A DNA stretch of 64,000 nt from Owenweeksia sp. (GTDB lineage: Bacteria > Bacteroidota > Bacteroidia > Flavobacteriales > Schleiferiaceae), in contig OZ245876.1 in assembly GCA_965229445.1 (NCBI GenBank), forward strand, positions 2,128,099 through 2,192,098. Direction: 5' to 3'. Numbering within the stretch: the stretch's first letter is position 1; each line of letters starts with the position of its first letter. A model generated the notes under the pieces. The model searched no databases and was not told the origin of the DNA. It worked only from the letters and a program-made list of their open reading frames with translations. This document shows positions 10,130 through 19,707 of the stretch, piece after piece. The position numbers were made by a program, and so were the translations under genes.

Positions 10130-11614
10130 ATGGAACAGGACTATATCAAACTTATTTTCGGCTTAAAGCTCAAGCAGATTCGTACAGAGAAGAAACTATC
10201 ACTTTCCGCTTTGGCCAGAATTTCAGGCCTATCAAAGTCCTATCTAAATGAAATAGAAAAAGGAAAAAAGTATCCCAAACCAGATAAAATTGCCATCCTT
10301 TCCGAGAAACTTGATGTTCCTTACGATCAGATGGTATCCTTAAAGCTCGATAAGAATCTGGCGCCTATTGGAAAGCTCCTACAATCTAAAGTATTGAAGG
10401 AAATACCCCTGGATTTATTTGGTATTAAGGAAAGTAACTTAATAGATATTGTGGCCAACGCCCCGGCCAAAGTGAATGCCTTCATCAGTACCATCATAGA
10501 AATAGCGCAGAATTACAATTTTAGTAGAGAGAATTTTTTTCTGGCTTCGGTACGTTCATTTCAGGAAGCCAACAACAATTACTTCGAGGATATTGAGGAG
10601 CAGGTAATAAAGTTCTGTAAATCCCTAAAGCTGGATTCTACCAAGCCATTGAGGTCATCAGACCTTGAGCAGATTCTGATCGATAAATATGCTTACACGA
10701 TAAATCATTCTGCTTTAAGTGAGTATGAAGCCTTGGGAAATCTGCGTTCCATCTTTGTTCCAAAAACCAAAACCCTATTGCTCGCCAATACCATCGATGA
10801 TGCCCAACGCACATTTATTTATGCCAAAGAAATAGCTTATAACTTTCTTAAGATCAAGGATAGGCTTTACACTTTCTCCTGGATAAAGTTTGAAAACTTT
10901 GAGCAGGTGATCAACAATTTTTACGCCTCTTATTTTGCCGGGGCCTTGATAATTTCCAAAGACGTATTGACAGCAGAGCTGGAGAAGTTGTTCTCCAGAG
11001 TTGCCTTCGACAGGGATTTATTCCTGGAGATGCTGGATGCCTTCAATGCTTCACCGGAGACCTTTTATCAGCGTCTAACCAATATTTTACCAAAGTCATT
11101 TGGCATTCAGGATTTATTCTTCCTGAGGTTTACCCACATCGCTGGCAGTGGGAAATTTCATTTGAAAAAAGAACTGCACTTGTCACATCAGCACTCTCCT
11201 CGTGCCAATGAAACCAATGAGCACTATTGCCGACGATGGGTTTCATTGCGTGTATTGGAAGACATTAGCTGGAATGGCGAAACCCACCAATTCGATATTC
11301 AAATTTCGAGATACCAGAGCGATGATAAGAGGTATTTGATATTATCTTCTGCCAGCAAAGACCCCTTTGTTGCCAATCAATACCGCAGTATTTCAATTGG
11401 CCTATTGATCAATAAACACCTGGAACGCAAGCTGAAGTTCTTGCATGATCCGTCTATTAAAACCCAATTGGTTGGGGTCACCTGTGAACACTGCGCTATT
11501 AACGATTGCTCCGTGCGACAACGCCCCCCAAGGTATATTGTGAAAGAAGCCCGAGACAAAAAAATAGAGCTTATTGTGGAGGAGCTGGCAGAAAAGTTCA
11601 AGTCGAAAAAATAG
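10130..11614 (+). CDS. XRE-family HTH regulator of the short-chain fatty acyl-CoA regulator (RamB/PrpR-like) type
   Basis: N-terminal HTH (LSLSALARISGLSKSYLNEIEKGKKYP) followed by a ~400-aa C-terminal region with Cys residues (HYCRRW, CEHCAINDC). Divergent from aceBA, as RamB is from icl in actinobacteria. Confidence 0.7.
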   Translation: MEQDYIKLIFGLKLKQIRTEKKLSLSALARISGLSKSYLNEIEKGKKYPKPDKIAILSEKLDVPYDQMVSLKLDKNLAPIGKLLQSKVLKEIPLDLFGIKESNLIDIVANAPAKVNAFISTIIEIAQNYNFSRENFFLASVRSFQEANNNYFEDIEEQVIKFCKSLKLDSTKPLRSSDLEQILIDKYAYTINHSALSEYEALGNLRSIFVPKTKTLLLANTIDDAQRTFIYAKEIAYNFLKIKDRLYTFSWIKFENFEQVINNFYASYFAGALIISKDVLTAELEKLFSRVAFDRDLFLEMLDAFNASPETFYQRLTNILPKSFGIQDLFFLRFTHIAGSGKFHLKKELHLSHQHSPRANETNEHYCRRWVSLRVLEDISWNGETHQFDIQISRYQSDDKRYLILSSASKDPFVANQYRSISIGLLINKHLERKLKFLHDPSIKTQLVGVTCEHCAINDCSVRQRPPRYIVKEARDKKIELIVEELAEKFKSKK

Positions 11615-11780
11615 ACTTATTAAGCTTTCCTGCCATTAGCAAAGCCTCGAAATCCGCAAACGTATTGTATCACGGACAGGTCAGCTTATCCCTTATAATA
11701 AGCCAATTCAGGTTTATGCACTTCCCATTATCCTTCAGAAATCCTCTTTTTGTATCTTCATTGACCCTTTTCCGAAACAG

Positions 11781-14700
11781 ATGTATCGATTCCTGCTTGC
11801 CATTTTTATGTCCTCAATATCCCTGCAGCTCCATGCGCAGTGTAATTCCTTGACGAATTATCTGGCTACCAATATCACTCCAAACTCCGTTGATGTTAAT
11901 CTATCTGGCAATGGTTCTGGACTATGGGAGTTTCAATATGGGTTGGAAGGATTTACCCTGGGACAAGGAACAATATTTCAGACCACAGACCTCACAACAA
12001 CTATTTCCGGTTTAGCGGCATCGCAGAAGTACCGAGTGTTTATAAGACGTATTTGTGGTTCTGCCAACAGTTCATGGATAAGCTTCACCTTCAGCACCAG
12101 TTGCACCAAAGTTTTAATCGCTCCGGTACAATTTCATTTTGAAGGTTCGCACTGGGCTTACCCCACCACCCCCACTGCCATAGGACTGATGGACTCTTGT
12201 TGGCTTGTGAGTCCTCAAGGCGTGGGTACATTTTGGTCAGTAGGTCCACCGCATGAAACCCGTCTAAATACGGGACCAGAAAATGATCATACTACCGGCT
12301 ACGGTCAGTACTTGTGCTTAAATGCCCAGGGCGTTTCTCTTGATTCTGCATCCACCCTCAAGATGCCGGCTATAGACCTTACCGGTTTAAACAATCCACA
12401 ATTTAGTTTTTGGTACCATATTTATGGCGTGGAGGTGGATTCCATGTTGATCTTTGCTAAAAAATCATCCCTTGCATTATGGGACACCATTCACCGGTTT
12501 ATTGGTCAACAGCAATTTGCACAAACAGAAAACTGGCAATCCCTTAGCCTTTCCTTATCAACTTACGCAAATGACACGGTGGATATTCAATTCATCGGTT
12601 ATGGAAATGGCACCAGGGTGCGAATGGCACTGGATGATATTTCCATTCACGATTCAGCTTCTTGCAGACCGCCAGGCTATTTTCGCAGTGTTTCCACCAG
12701 TCATAACTCGGTTCTGCTAGACTGGGATCCGGAATCAGCGGCAAGCTTCAAGATAGAATATGGTAAAAAAGGATTCACTCCAGGCACTGGCACTAAGGTG
12801 GCGGCAAGTGTACAGCCTTTTCGGATTAGCAATCTCACACCAGATACTACCTATGTTTTTTACATACGCAGTGAGTGTGCCTCCTCACAATTCAGCGGTT
12901 GGACAGGTCCGTTGGAAGTAAATACCGACTGTACCCCTATTTTGGCACCCTACTTTGAAGATTTTGAGGGTGCTGCCTGGCCGCAAGGAGGAATTATGCA
13001 TTGCTGGGACCGCTTCAACAAGCTAGACTTTAAGTGGAATGTAGGGCCTCCGCCATTAAGCTGGACTCAGAGTGGGCCAGGCGCAAACAATCACACCCCC
13101 GGTGGCAGCAAATTTATTGTAGCTCACCGCCCCAACCAGTCAGGTGATGCCAGATCTACCATCATCACCCCACCCATCAAGCTGGACAGTGTTACCAATC
13201 CTGAACTCGTATTCTGGTCTCATATGTTTGGGCTGCAGATTACAGCTTTTGAAATTTCCATCGATAGCGGTGATGGATTTCATCTTCTGCAAAGAATAAT
13301 TGGGTCGCAACAGCTCTCAAAAACAGCCGCTTGGGATGAACGAATCTTTGCGCTACCTGCTTATGCGGGTAAAACCATCAAAGTAAAGTTTACGGGGATT
13401 GGCTCCTCCAATTACGCCTCTCTCTCTCGGATAGCAGTAGATGACATTTCCATAGACGAAGCACCTTCGTGCCGCAAGCCCACCAATCTACAGCTCAATC
13501 ATGTGAGTTTCACGACTGCCGGCATAAGTTGGTTAACCGGTGGTTCTACCAACTGGATGATAAAATTAGCAACCAACGGGACACCGGATAGCATTTTCGC
13601 GAGTTCATCTAACCCCCTAAATTTAAGCACTTTGCAGTCTGGGGCTGATTATACAATATGGGTGAGAGATAGTTGCGGCCTGGGTGATGTAGGAGAATGG
13701 AGTGCTCCTTTAGCCTTTAGAACTTTTTGCACCCCCGACACTGCACCTTATCTTGAAGATTTTGATTCCAGTTCGTTTGTGGTACAAACCTCCTATTTTT
13801 CAACCGGCTACCTGGCTCCATGCTGGGAAAGAAGTCATGAGATTGGTCCTATATGGCAGCCTTCTCCAGCTACCATTTTTCCCAACAACTTGCTACCGGC
13901 CAATGATCACACCTCCGGTACCGGCCAATATCTTGGCGGCTCACTCTTCCTTGCCAATGGCACCAACGAATTTACATCCTTTACCTCTCCTCATATTGAT
14001 ATTTCTAAACTTCCCAATCCCGAAATGTCATTTTGGTACTTCTTAGGAGGTTATATCTTTTCCACTAACCAACTACAACTGGAAATTAATGATGGTTCGG
14101 GGTGGCAGCATATAACCACCATATTCGGGCCTACCCATCCCTCAACCAATGATCCCTGGCTCGAGAAAATTGTTGATCTCAGTAACCTCACAGGCGATAC
14201 GATAAGACTTAGGTTTAAAACCCTGGGGGATGATCTATATGCCACCACAGCGGGTGGTGTTGACGATATTTCAATTTACAATCGACCCTGTTCTTCTCCC
14301 TCGGCCTTGAAAAGTATCAGTGTGGGAAGTCATCACGCCAGTTTAAGCTGGATTTCAGGAGGAGCTACAAATTGGGTCTTAAGGTTTGGACCAGACAGTA
14401 CTAGTTTTCAGTATTTAACCACCTCCGTCAATGATTCGTTTGTACTAAATGGGCTTTTGCCCAATACCCGCTATCAGATATGGGTGCGAGACAGCTGCGG
14501 AGCAGATGTGAGCGACTGGCACGGCCCTCTATTCATCCATACCGACTGTCTTCCTACGCAGGTTCCCTATCATGAAAGTTTTGACGATCCTTCTTGGGTT
14601 CCCGCAGTTACTTTTGCCGATTTAGGGATGATCAATACTTGTTGGAGACGGAGCGACAGCCTTCACCAGGTTTGGGTTCCAAAAACCGGGGCCAGTTTTA

Positions 14701-16349
14701 GTAGCCTTAGTGGCCCTGCCAGTCCTCGCAACGGATCGGGTAATTACCTGATGTTGACCATCTTAAATAACAACCCGGGATCGGGCGATACTGCGGTGGA
14801 AATTATAAGTCCACCCATAATCAATACAGGGCTTCAGCAACCGGAATTAAATTTTTGGTATCACTTATATGGAGCAGAAATAGAGAAGCTAAAGATATAC
14901 CTGGAAAAGACAAATGGATCCCGAACATTGATTGATGAGTTTCTGGGGCAGCAGCAAAATTCGCAAACTGACCCCTGGCAACAACGTACCATCCCGCTCT
15001 CAGCATTTCAGGGAGACACCATCAAAGTGATTTTCTCAGGGAAAATAGGCAATACGCTAGCCCTGGTGAATGCCGCCATTGATGACCTGGAGATCATTGA
15101 TGCCGTTTGCAGCAGTCCATCTAACCTTACAGCCACCAACATTAGCTACAATTCTGCAGATCTTAACTGGAATTCCGTCAGTGTTTACAGCAAAATAGAA
15201 TACGGACCGGCAGGATTCACCAAAGGAACGGGAACCCTTATTTCCGGAGTTGCTCCCGGCTATGTACTTACAGGCTTACTCCCCTTAACCACTTATGAAT
15301 ACTATGTACAGGATAGTTGTCGGGCAACCATTAGTCCCTGGGCAGGACCTTTTAGTTTTACTACCAGTTGTAGCTTACCCGTGGCAGATTTTAGCTATCA
15401 GGGACCGGCGTTGAGCGTGAGTTTTGACGGAACAAATTCCCTGGGCAGTGGGCTTAGTTTTTACTGGGAATATGGAGATGGCAACACCGGTGTGGGGCTG
15501 AAGAGCAGTCACACCTATGCCATGGCCGGCACCTATAATGTAAGTTTAGTTACCACGGATACCTGTAGCCAGCATGATACTCTAAGTAAGCGTGTATTGG
15601 TTTGTGACTTACCCATAGCGGTGATCAACTATACTCGAAATGGACTTCAGGTTAGTTTGGATGGCACGTCCTCTACTAACGCTGCGCAATACTACTGGGA
15701 TCTTGGCGTAGCGGGCATTTTTACCGGTGCAAGCCCTACCGCCAGCTTTCCTGCCAAAGGAAACTATCCCATCTACCTGGTAGTGACCAATGACTGTGGC
15801 GGTCAAGACACTTCCGCTATGAATTTGTTAATCTGTGATCCACCTATTTCATCATTTACTGCTAATATTTCAACCGTCGTTTCTCCCGGCATGTTGGTGT
15901 ATTTTGATGGCACCGCCTCACGCTTTGCCGACTCATTTATGTGGATATTTGGTGATGGAAATATAGATACCTCTTCGCTTACTCCAGCTCATGTGTATGC
16001 AACCAGCAGCTTAAATTATGTTGTAACTCTTATTACCCATGCCGATTGTGGCCTTTCAGATACTCTGTCATATAAGCTTAGTAGTATTGGTATGGATGAG
16101 CCAGGAAAATCAGCATTATCCCTCTACCCTAATCCGGTAAAGGATGTTTTGCGGATAACCAGCTTTACAGAGAACCTGTCTGCCTCTGATTTTATCTGGA
16201 TTGATCAATCAGGAAAACCGCTTAAAGTTGCCATAACCTCGATCTCTAAAAAATCATTGGAAATCGATGTATCTCAGCTACCAACTGGTGCGTACTATAT
16301 TTTAGATATCAGTAGAAATACTGAAGCCATTAAAGTTATAGTACACTAG
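11781..16349 (+). CDS. T9SS-secreted multidomain surface protein (5 FN3-like, 4 MAM, about 3 PKD domains, C-terminal sorting domain)
   Basis: Signal peptide. Four modules end in DD(I/L)(S/E)I and carry GP..DHT.G.G.Y plus FWYH..G (MAM-like). Cys-bounded FN3-like modules lie between them. PKD-like FxGDGN motifs are present, and the C-terminus LSLYPNPVKDVLRI...IKVIVH is typical of a T9SS type A CTD. Confidence 0.8.
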   Translation: MYRFLLAIFMSSISLQLHAQCNSLTNYLATNITPNSVDVNLSGNGSGLWEFQYGLEGFTLGQGTIFQTTDLTTTISGLAASQKYRVFIRRICGSANSSWISFTFSTSCTKVLIAPVQFHFEGSHWAYPTTPTAIGLMDSCWLVSPQGVGTFWSVGPPHETRLNTGPENDHTTGYGQYLCLNAQGVSLDSASTLKMPAIDLTGLNNPQFSFWYHIYGVEVDSMLIFAKKSSLALWDTIHRFIGQQQFAQTENWQSLSLSLSTYANDTVDIQFIGYGNGTRVRMALDDISIHDSASCRPPGYFRSVSTSHNSVLLDWDPESAASFKIEYGKKGFTPGTGTKVAASVQPFRISNLTPDTTYVFYIRSECASSQFSGWTGPLEVNTDCTPILAPYFEDFEGAAWPQGGIMHCWDRFNKLDFKWNVGPPPLSWTQSGPGANNHTPGGSKFIVAHRPNQSGDARSTIITPPIKLDSVTNPELVFWSHMFGLQITAFEISIDSGDGFHLLQRIIGSQQLSKTAAWDERIFALPAYAGKTIKVKFTGIGSSNYASLSRIAVDDISIDEAPSCRKPTNLQLNHVSFTTAGISWLTGGSTNWMIKLATNGTPDSIFASSSNPLNLSTLQSGADYTIWVRDSCGLGDVGEWSAPLAFRTFCTPDTAPYLEDFDSSSFVVQTSYFSTGYLAPCWERSHEIGPIWQPSPATIFPNNLLPANDHTSGTGQYLGGSLFLANGTNEFTSFTSPHIDISKLPNPEMSFWYFLGGYIFSTNQLQLEINDGSGWQHITTIFGPTHPSTNDPWLEKIVDLSNLTGDTIRLRFKTLGDDLYATTAGGVDDISIYNRPCSSPSALKSISVGSHHASLSWISGGATNWVLRFGPDSTSFQYLTTSVNDSFVLNGLLPNTRYQIWVRDSCGADVSDWHGPLFIHTDCLPTQVPYHESFDDPSWVPAVTFADLGMINTCWRRSDSLHQVWVPKTGASFSSLSGPASPRNGSGNYLMLTILNNNPGSGDTAVEIISPPIINTGLQQPELNFWYHLYGAEIEKLKIYLEKTNGSRTLIDEFLGQQQNSQTDPWQQRTIPLSAFQGDTIKVIFSGKIGNTLALVNAAIDDLEIIDAVCSSPSNLTATNISYNSADLNWNSVSVYSKIEYGPAGFTKGTGTLISGVAPGYVLTGLLPLTTYEYYVQDSCRATISPWAGPFSFTTSCSLPVADFSYQGPALSVSFDGTNSLGSGLSFYWEYGDGNTGVGLKSSHTYAMAGTYNVSLVTTDTCSQHDTLSKRVLVCDLPIAVINYTRNGLQVSLDGTSSTNAAQYYWDLGVAGIFTGASPTASFPAKGNYPIYLVVTNDCGGQDTSAMNLLICDPPISSFTANISTVVSPGMLVYFDGTASRFADSFMWIFGDGNIDTSSLTPAHVYATSSLNYVVTLITHADCGLSDTLSYKLSSIGMDEPGKSALSLYPNPVKDVLRITSFTENLSASDFIWIDQSGKPLKVAITSISKKSLEIDVSQLPTGAYYILDISRNTEAIKVIVH

Positions 16350-16380
16350 ATAACCAGTGCCAATTAAGCCTTGTAATTCA

Positions 16381-16411
16381 ACGGAAAGGGAATGAACATC
16401 ATCCTTTCCGT
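16381..16411. terminator. Hairpin between convergent genes (possible bidirectional terminator)
   Basis: ACGGAAAGG-N13-CCTTTCCGT followed by TTTAT. Lies between the stops at 16349 (+) and 16427 (-). Confidence 0.45.
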
Positions 16412-16426
16412 TTATGGACAAAAGTT

Positions 16427-17116
16427 TTAGTCGAATCTATAGGCTACTGTAAATCCCCCTCTCACACTGAGTTTATTAAACACATTTAGCACCACACCAT
16501 AAGGGTTCAGATTGGGACCATCGTATGGTGTAAAGTTAGGACTCAGGGTTTCAGAATAGACAATGGAATATCCTAAGCCTGTCCATGCTGTGAAGGTAAA
16601 CCCAGACTCCGTTCGCCATTCATATCCCGCGGTAACACCCGGTGCTAAAGACACGTTGGAAATGTCATAATACACTACTTCCTCATCCTCGTCCAGGCCT
16701 AAATAGGGCGCACCGCTGGTAGATGTAGTTCTAAAGCTTAAATAGGCGCCAAAAAACCACTTATCATTTCCATCGTCCGGAGAAATATAATATCTATACT
16801 CCGGGGATATCGCTAAACCGGAATAAGAAACTTCCGTATCTATAATACTCCCGCTGGTATCTACGCTTATGTATGGTGACTTTACATAAGTGTAAGCCGC
16901 TTCCAAAAAGATTGAAGATTCATCCGATAAATGCAAGCCACCAATTACGTTGTAAAGTCCTACCAGATAACCAACCGGATTAATACCAACTTCAATGGAC
17001 GGTCCGCCGCGTCTTCTTCTGCGCCTTCTTCTATCTTCATCTTCATCCTCACCCGCAAAAGCGGTTACCGAACCAAATAACATTATAAGCACCAGGAATA
17101 TAGATACTTTTTTCAT
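16427..17116 (-). CDS. Outer-membrane beta-barrel-like protein with N-terminal acidic/poly-Arg block
   Basis: Signal peptide, alternating aromatic/Gly beta-strand pattern, and a C-terminal ...VAYRFD. The GEDEDEDRRRRRRRRGG block directly follows the signal peptide. Confidence 0.55.
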   Translation of the reverse strand: MKKVSIFLVLIMLFGSVTAFAGEDEDEDRRRRRRRRGGPSIEVGINPVGYLVGLYNVIGGLHLSDESSIFLEAAYTYVKSPYISVDTSGSIIDTEVSYSGLAISPEYRYYISPDDGNDKWFFGAYLSFRTTSTSGAPYLGLDEDEEVVYYDISNVSLAPGVTAGYEWRTESGFTFTAWTGLGYSIVYSETLSPNFTPYDGPNLNPYGVVLNVFNKLSVRGGFTVAYRFD

Positions 17117-17579
17117 GAGTCTTTGTTGTAAGAGTTATTTTACAATGTTATGAATTTTGGAACTTCTTGCCAATGATTCTTCTATCAGAATCCCGATAAT
17201 TTGGGTATTGTTTAAGCTAAGGTTTAGCTTAATACAATGAAATAAGTTTGTTCAACCAATAATACCTAGCTGGGAAATGCAATATGATCCAGAATTTGGT
17301 AGCATCCATCAAGGAATACATAAAAGGCATTTATTTAAGTTATCATAATTGATCTAAAACGCGGATTTGCGAGATCTAAAAGCTTGAGATCTGGCAACCC
17401 AATTAAACGGCATTATGGTAATTCCATACTTGCAAATTTCTACGCCCATCCCATCGGGAACTTCCTCACCCAGACCTGGGACAAAATCTAAAATTTGCTT
17501 AAAACTGGTTAAAAATTGATAAATACCACTCGATTTTTGCATGATTTCGATTAAAATCACCAAAAAACTTTAAAATCCA

Positions 17580-17587
17580 TAACTTTG
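17580..17587 (+). promoter_or_regulatory. Candidate -7 box TAACTTTG upstream of cdo
   Basis: Matches TAnnTTTG, about 97 nt upstream of the CDS start. Confidence 0.3.
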
Positions 17588-17683
17588 TACTGAGTTAAAT
17601 GGAAGTCGTCATTTTGATGATTGGTTGGATTTGAGGGTTGACCTTAGATTTGATAGCATAGCAAATAAAAGGGAACACCAAAT

Positions 17684-18229
17684 TTGAGTTTCGCACAACA
17701 CCAACACCAGGATATTGATAATATTGAAGATTTAGTTACTACCCTATTTCGAGAGGATAGCGCTAATTATGCAGACATCTTGCGCCGCCTCAATCTACCT
17801 CTCAGTAAGTTTGATCCGTTCTGTTCCTGGTCCAGTAATTCCTATACCAGAAACTGCATTGAAGAGAATGAGGAATTTGAATTAATCCTACTCTGCTGGG
17901 AGGCGGGTCAGTGCACACCCATTCATGACCATGGCGGAGAAGAATGCTGGGTTAAAGTTCTTCAAGGTAGTTTTAAAGAAACCGTGTTTAAAGTAACTGA
18001 CCAGATGGCATTAAAGCAGGTAAGTTCTGGCGTAGCCAATGAAGGAGATGTTACCTATATGGTAGACTTTATGGGCTACCACAGATTGACAAACCAGTCG
18101 CCCCATCGAGGTATGTCACTGCATCTTTACGCCAAGCCGATTAGGACCTGTAAGGCTTATGATGAAGAACTAAAGGAGTTTGTGAATAAGGACCTGGTCT
18201 ATAATACGGTTTTCGAAACAGAAGCCTGA
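17684..18229 (+). CDS. cdo: Cysteine dioxygenase type I (Arg-type, eukaryote-like)
   Basis: By eye it aligns well with rat CDO. Compare YTRNCIE...LILLCWEAGQCTPIHDHGGEECWVKVLQGSFKETVF and GYHRL and SLHLYAKPIRTCKAYD with rat YTRNLVD...[36 protein letters not shown], GLHRV and SLHLYSPPFDTCHAFD. The start is TTG in the track. Confidence 0.85.
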   Translation: MSFAQHQHQDIDNIEDLVTTLFREDSANYADILRRLNLPLSKFDPFCSWSSNSYTRNCIEENEEFELILLCWEAGQCTPIHDHGGEECWVKVLQGSFKETVFKVTDQMALKQVSSGVANEGDVTYMVDFMGYHRLTNQSPHRGMSLHLYAKPIRTCKAYDEELKEFVNKDLVYNTVFETEA

Positions 18230-18247
18230 ATAAACAATAAAACATTT

Positions 18248-19651
18248 ATGTCGGAAATTACTGAGGACTTGGTTCTATTCAATGAGCTGGTAAAAACCTT
18301 GTTTGTTGAAGAGCAAGAGCATCCAGTTGCCCCCAGAATAGAAGTGAGTGAGCTTTACGATACTATTGACCTGTCCTTGAAGGAACAACCCATAGTGGAT
18401 GCTAAATTTAAGGCGATATTAAAGGAGGTAATTAAGACCACTCCCAAAACAGCTAGTAGCCTATTTTTCAATCAGTTATTTGGAGGCAGGCAAGGCAAGG
18501 CCGTATTGGGAGACCTACTGGCGGTGATGCTTAACAACAGCATGTACACCTATAAGGTAGCCGGACCACAAGTAGGCATAGAGCAGGAAGTAATACGTAA
18601 ATCTTGCGATTTGGTGGGCTATGGTTCCCATAGTAATGGAACATTTCCAACTGGTGGATCTATGAGTAATTATATGGCTCTGGTTATGGCCAGAGATGCT
18701 AAAGATCCCGATTGTAGATCATTGGGAATGAGAAAAGCTCTAAGCATCTACACTTCCAGGGAGTCTCATTATTCCAACGCCAAGAATGCCAGTTTTGCCG
18801 GCTTTGGTCGAAACCATATCCGGTATATCGACGTGGACGCTTATGGTAGAATGATACCTGAAAAACTGGAAGAACAAATCCTGAAGGATCTATCCAATGG
18901 ATTTATACCCACCTACGTAAATGCCACTGCTGGCACTACTGTTCTTGGAGCCTTTGACCCCATTGATCAGATTGCCGACATCACCGAAAGGCATAATATC
19001 TGGCTGCATGTGGATGGCGCCTATTGTGGTAGTGTGATTTTCAGTAAAAAGTTCCGGTCTTTGGTTGAAGGCATGGAACGTTCGCAATCCTTTAGTTTCA
19101 ATGCTCACAAAATGCTGGGGACGCCACTTACTTGCTCAGTGATATTGGTAAATGACAAAAAGCAATTACACGATTCTTTTAGTAATGAAGCCGATTACCT
19201 ATATCAGACCGATGGTGATGATTTTAATCTGGGCAAAACCTCTTTTCAATGTGGACGGCGGAATGATGCCTTAAAATTCTGGACCTTGTGGAAGTCTGTT
19301 GGCACCGCTGGACTACAAGCTATAATTGATCAGCAATTCGCGCTGGCGGATGTAGCTCGAAAGTATGTCTCAAGCCACCCTGACTACACCCTGTACAGCT
19401 ATGAAGATTCTGTATCCATCTGCTTTAATTACAAGGATTTAGATCCGGTGGCTTTATGTACTGCCTTGTATGAGCATCAGGTTACGGTAGTGGGTTTTGG
19501 ATCTTTTAAGAAGGATACCTTTATCAGACTGGTGACGATAAATGCCAACAACTCGCAAGACGATATCTTACATTTCTTCAAGACCTTGGAGGCCTTCGCG
19601 GCCAAAAACCCCGATTTACCCAGAATTAAACCGGGTGTATTCAGCGAATAG
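18248..19651 (+). CDS. PLP-dependent group II decarboxylase, cysteine sulfinic acid decarboxylase-like
   Basis: PLP lysine motif SFNAHKMLG. FFNQLFGG and NNSMYTYK resemble CSAD (FFNQLFSG, NTSQYTYE) rather than GAD (YFNQLSTG, NTNMFTYE). Confidence 0.75.
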   Translation: MSEITEDLVLFNELVKTLFVEEQEHPVAPRIEVSELYDTIDLSLKEQPIVDAKFKAILKEVIKTTPKTASSLFFNQLFGGRQGKAVLGDLLAVMLNNSMYTYKVAGPQVGIEQEVIRKSCDLVGYGSHSNGTFPTGGSMSNYMALVMARDAKDPDCRSLGMRKALSIYTSRESHYSNAKNASFAGFGRNHIRYIDVDAYGRMIPEKLEEQILKDLSNGFIPTYVNATAGTTVLGAFDPIDQIADITERHNIWLHVDGAYCGSVIFSKKFRSLVEGMERSQSFSFNAHKMLGTPLTCSVILVNDKKQLHDSFSNEADYLYQTDGDDFNLGKTSFQCGRRNDALKFWTLWKSVGTAGLQAIIDQQFALADVARKYVSSHPDYTLYSYEDSVSICFNYKDLDPVALCTALYEHQVTVVGFGSFKKDTFIRLVTINANNSQDDILHFFKTLEAFAAKNPDLPRIKPGVFSE

Positions 19652-19707
19652 CACAGAACTTATGGTAGTGAGAGCAGGCTACCAAGCAACACTTTTGCAT
19701 AATGCAC

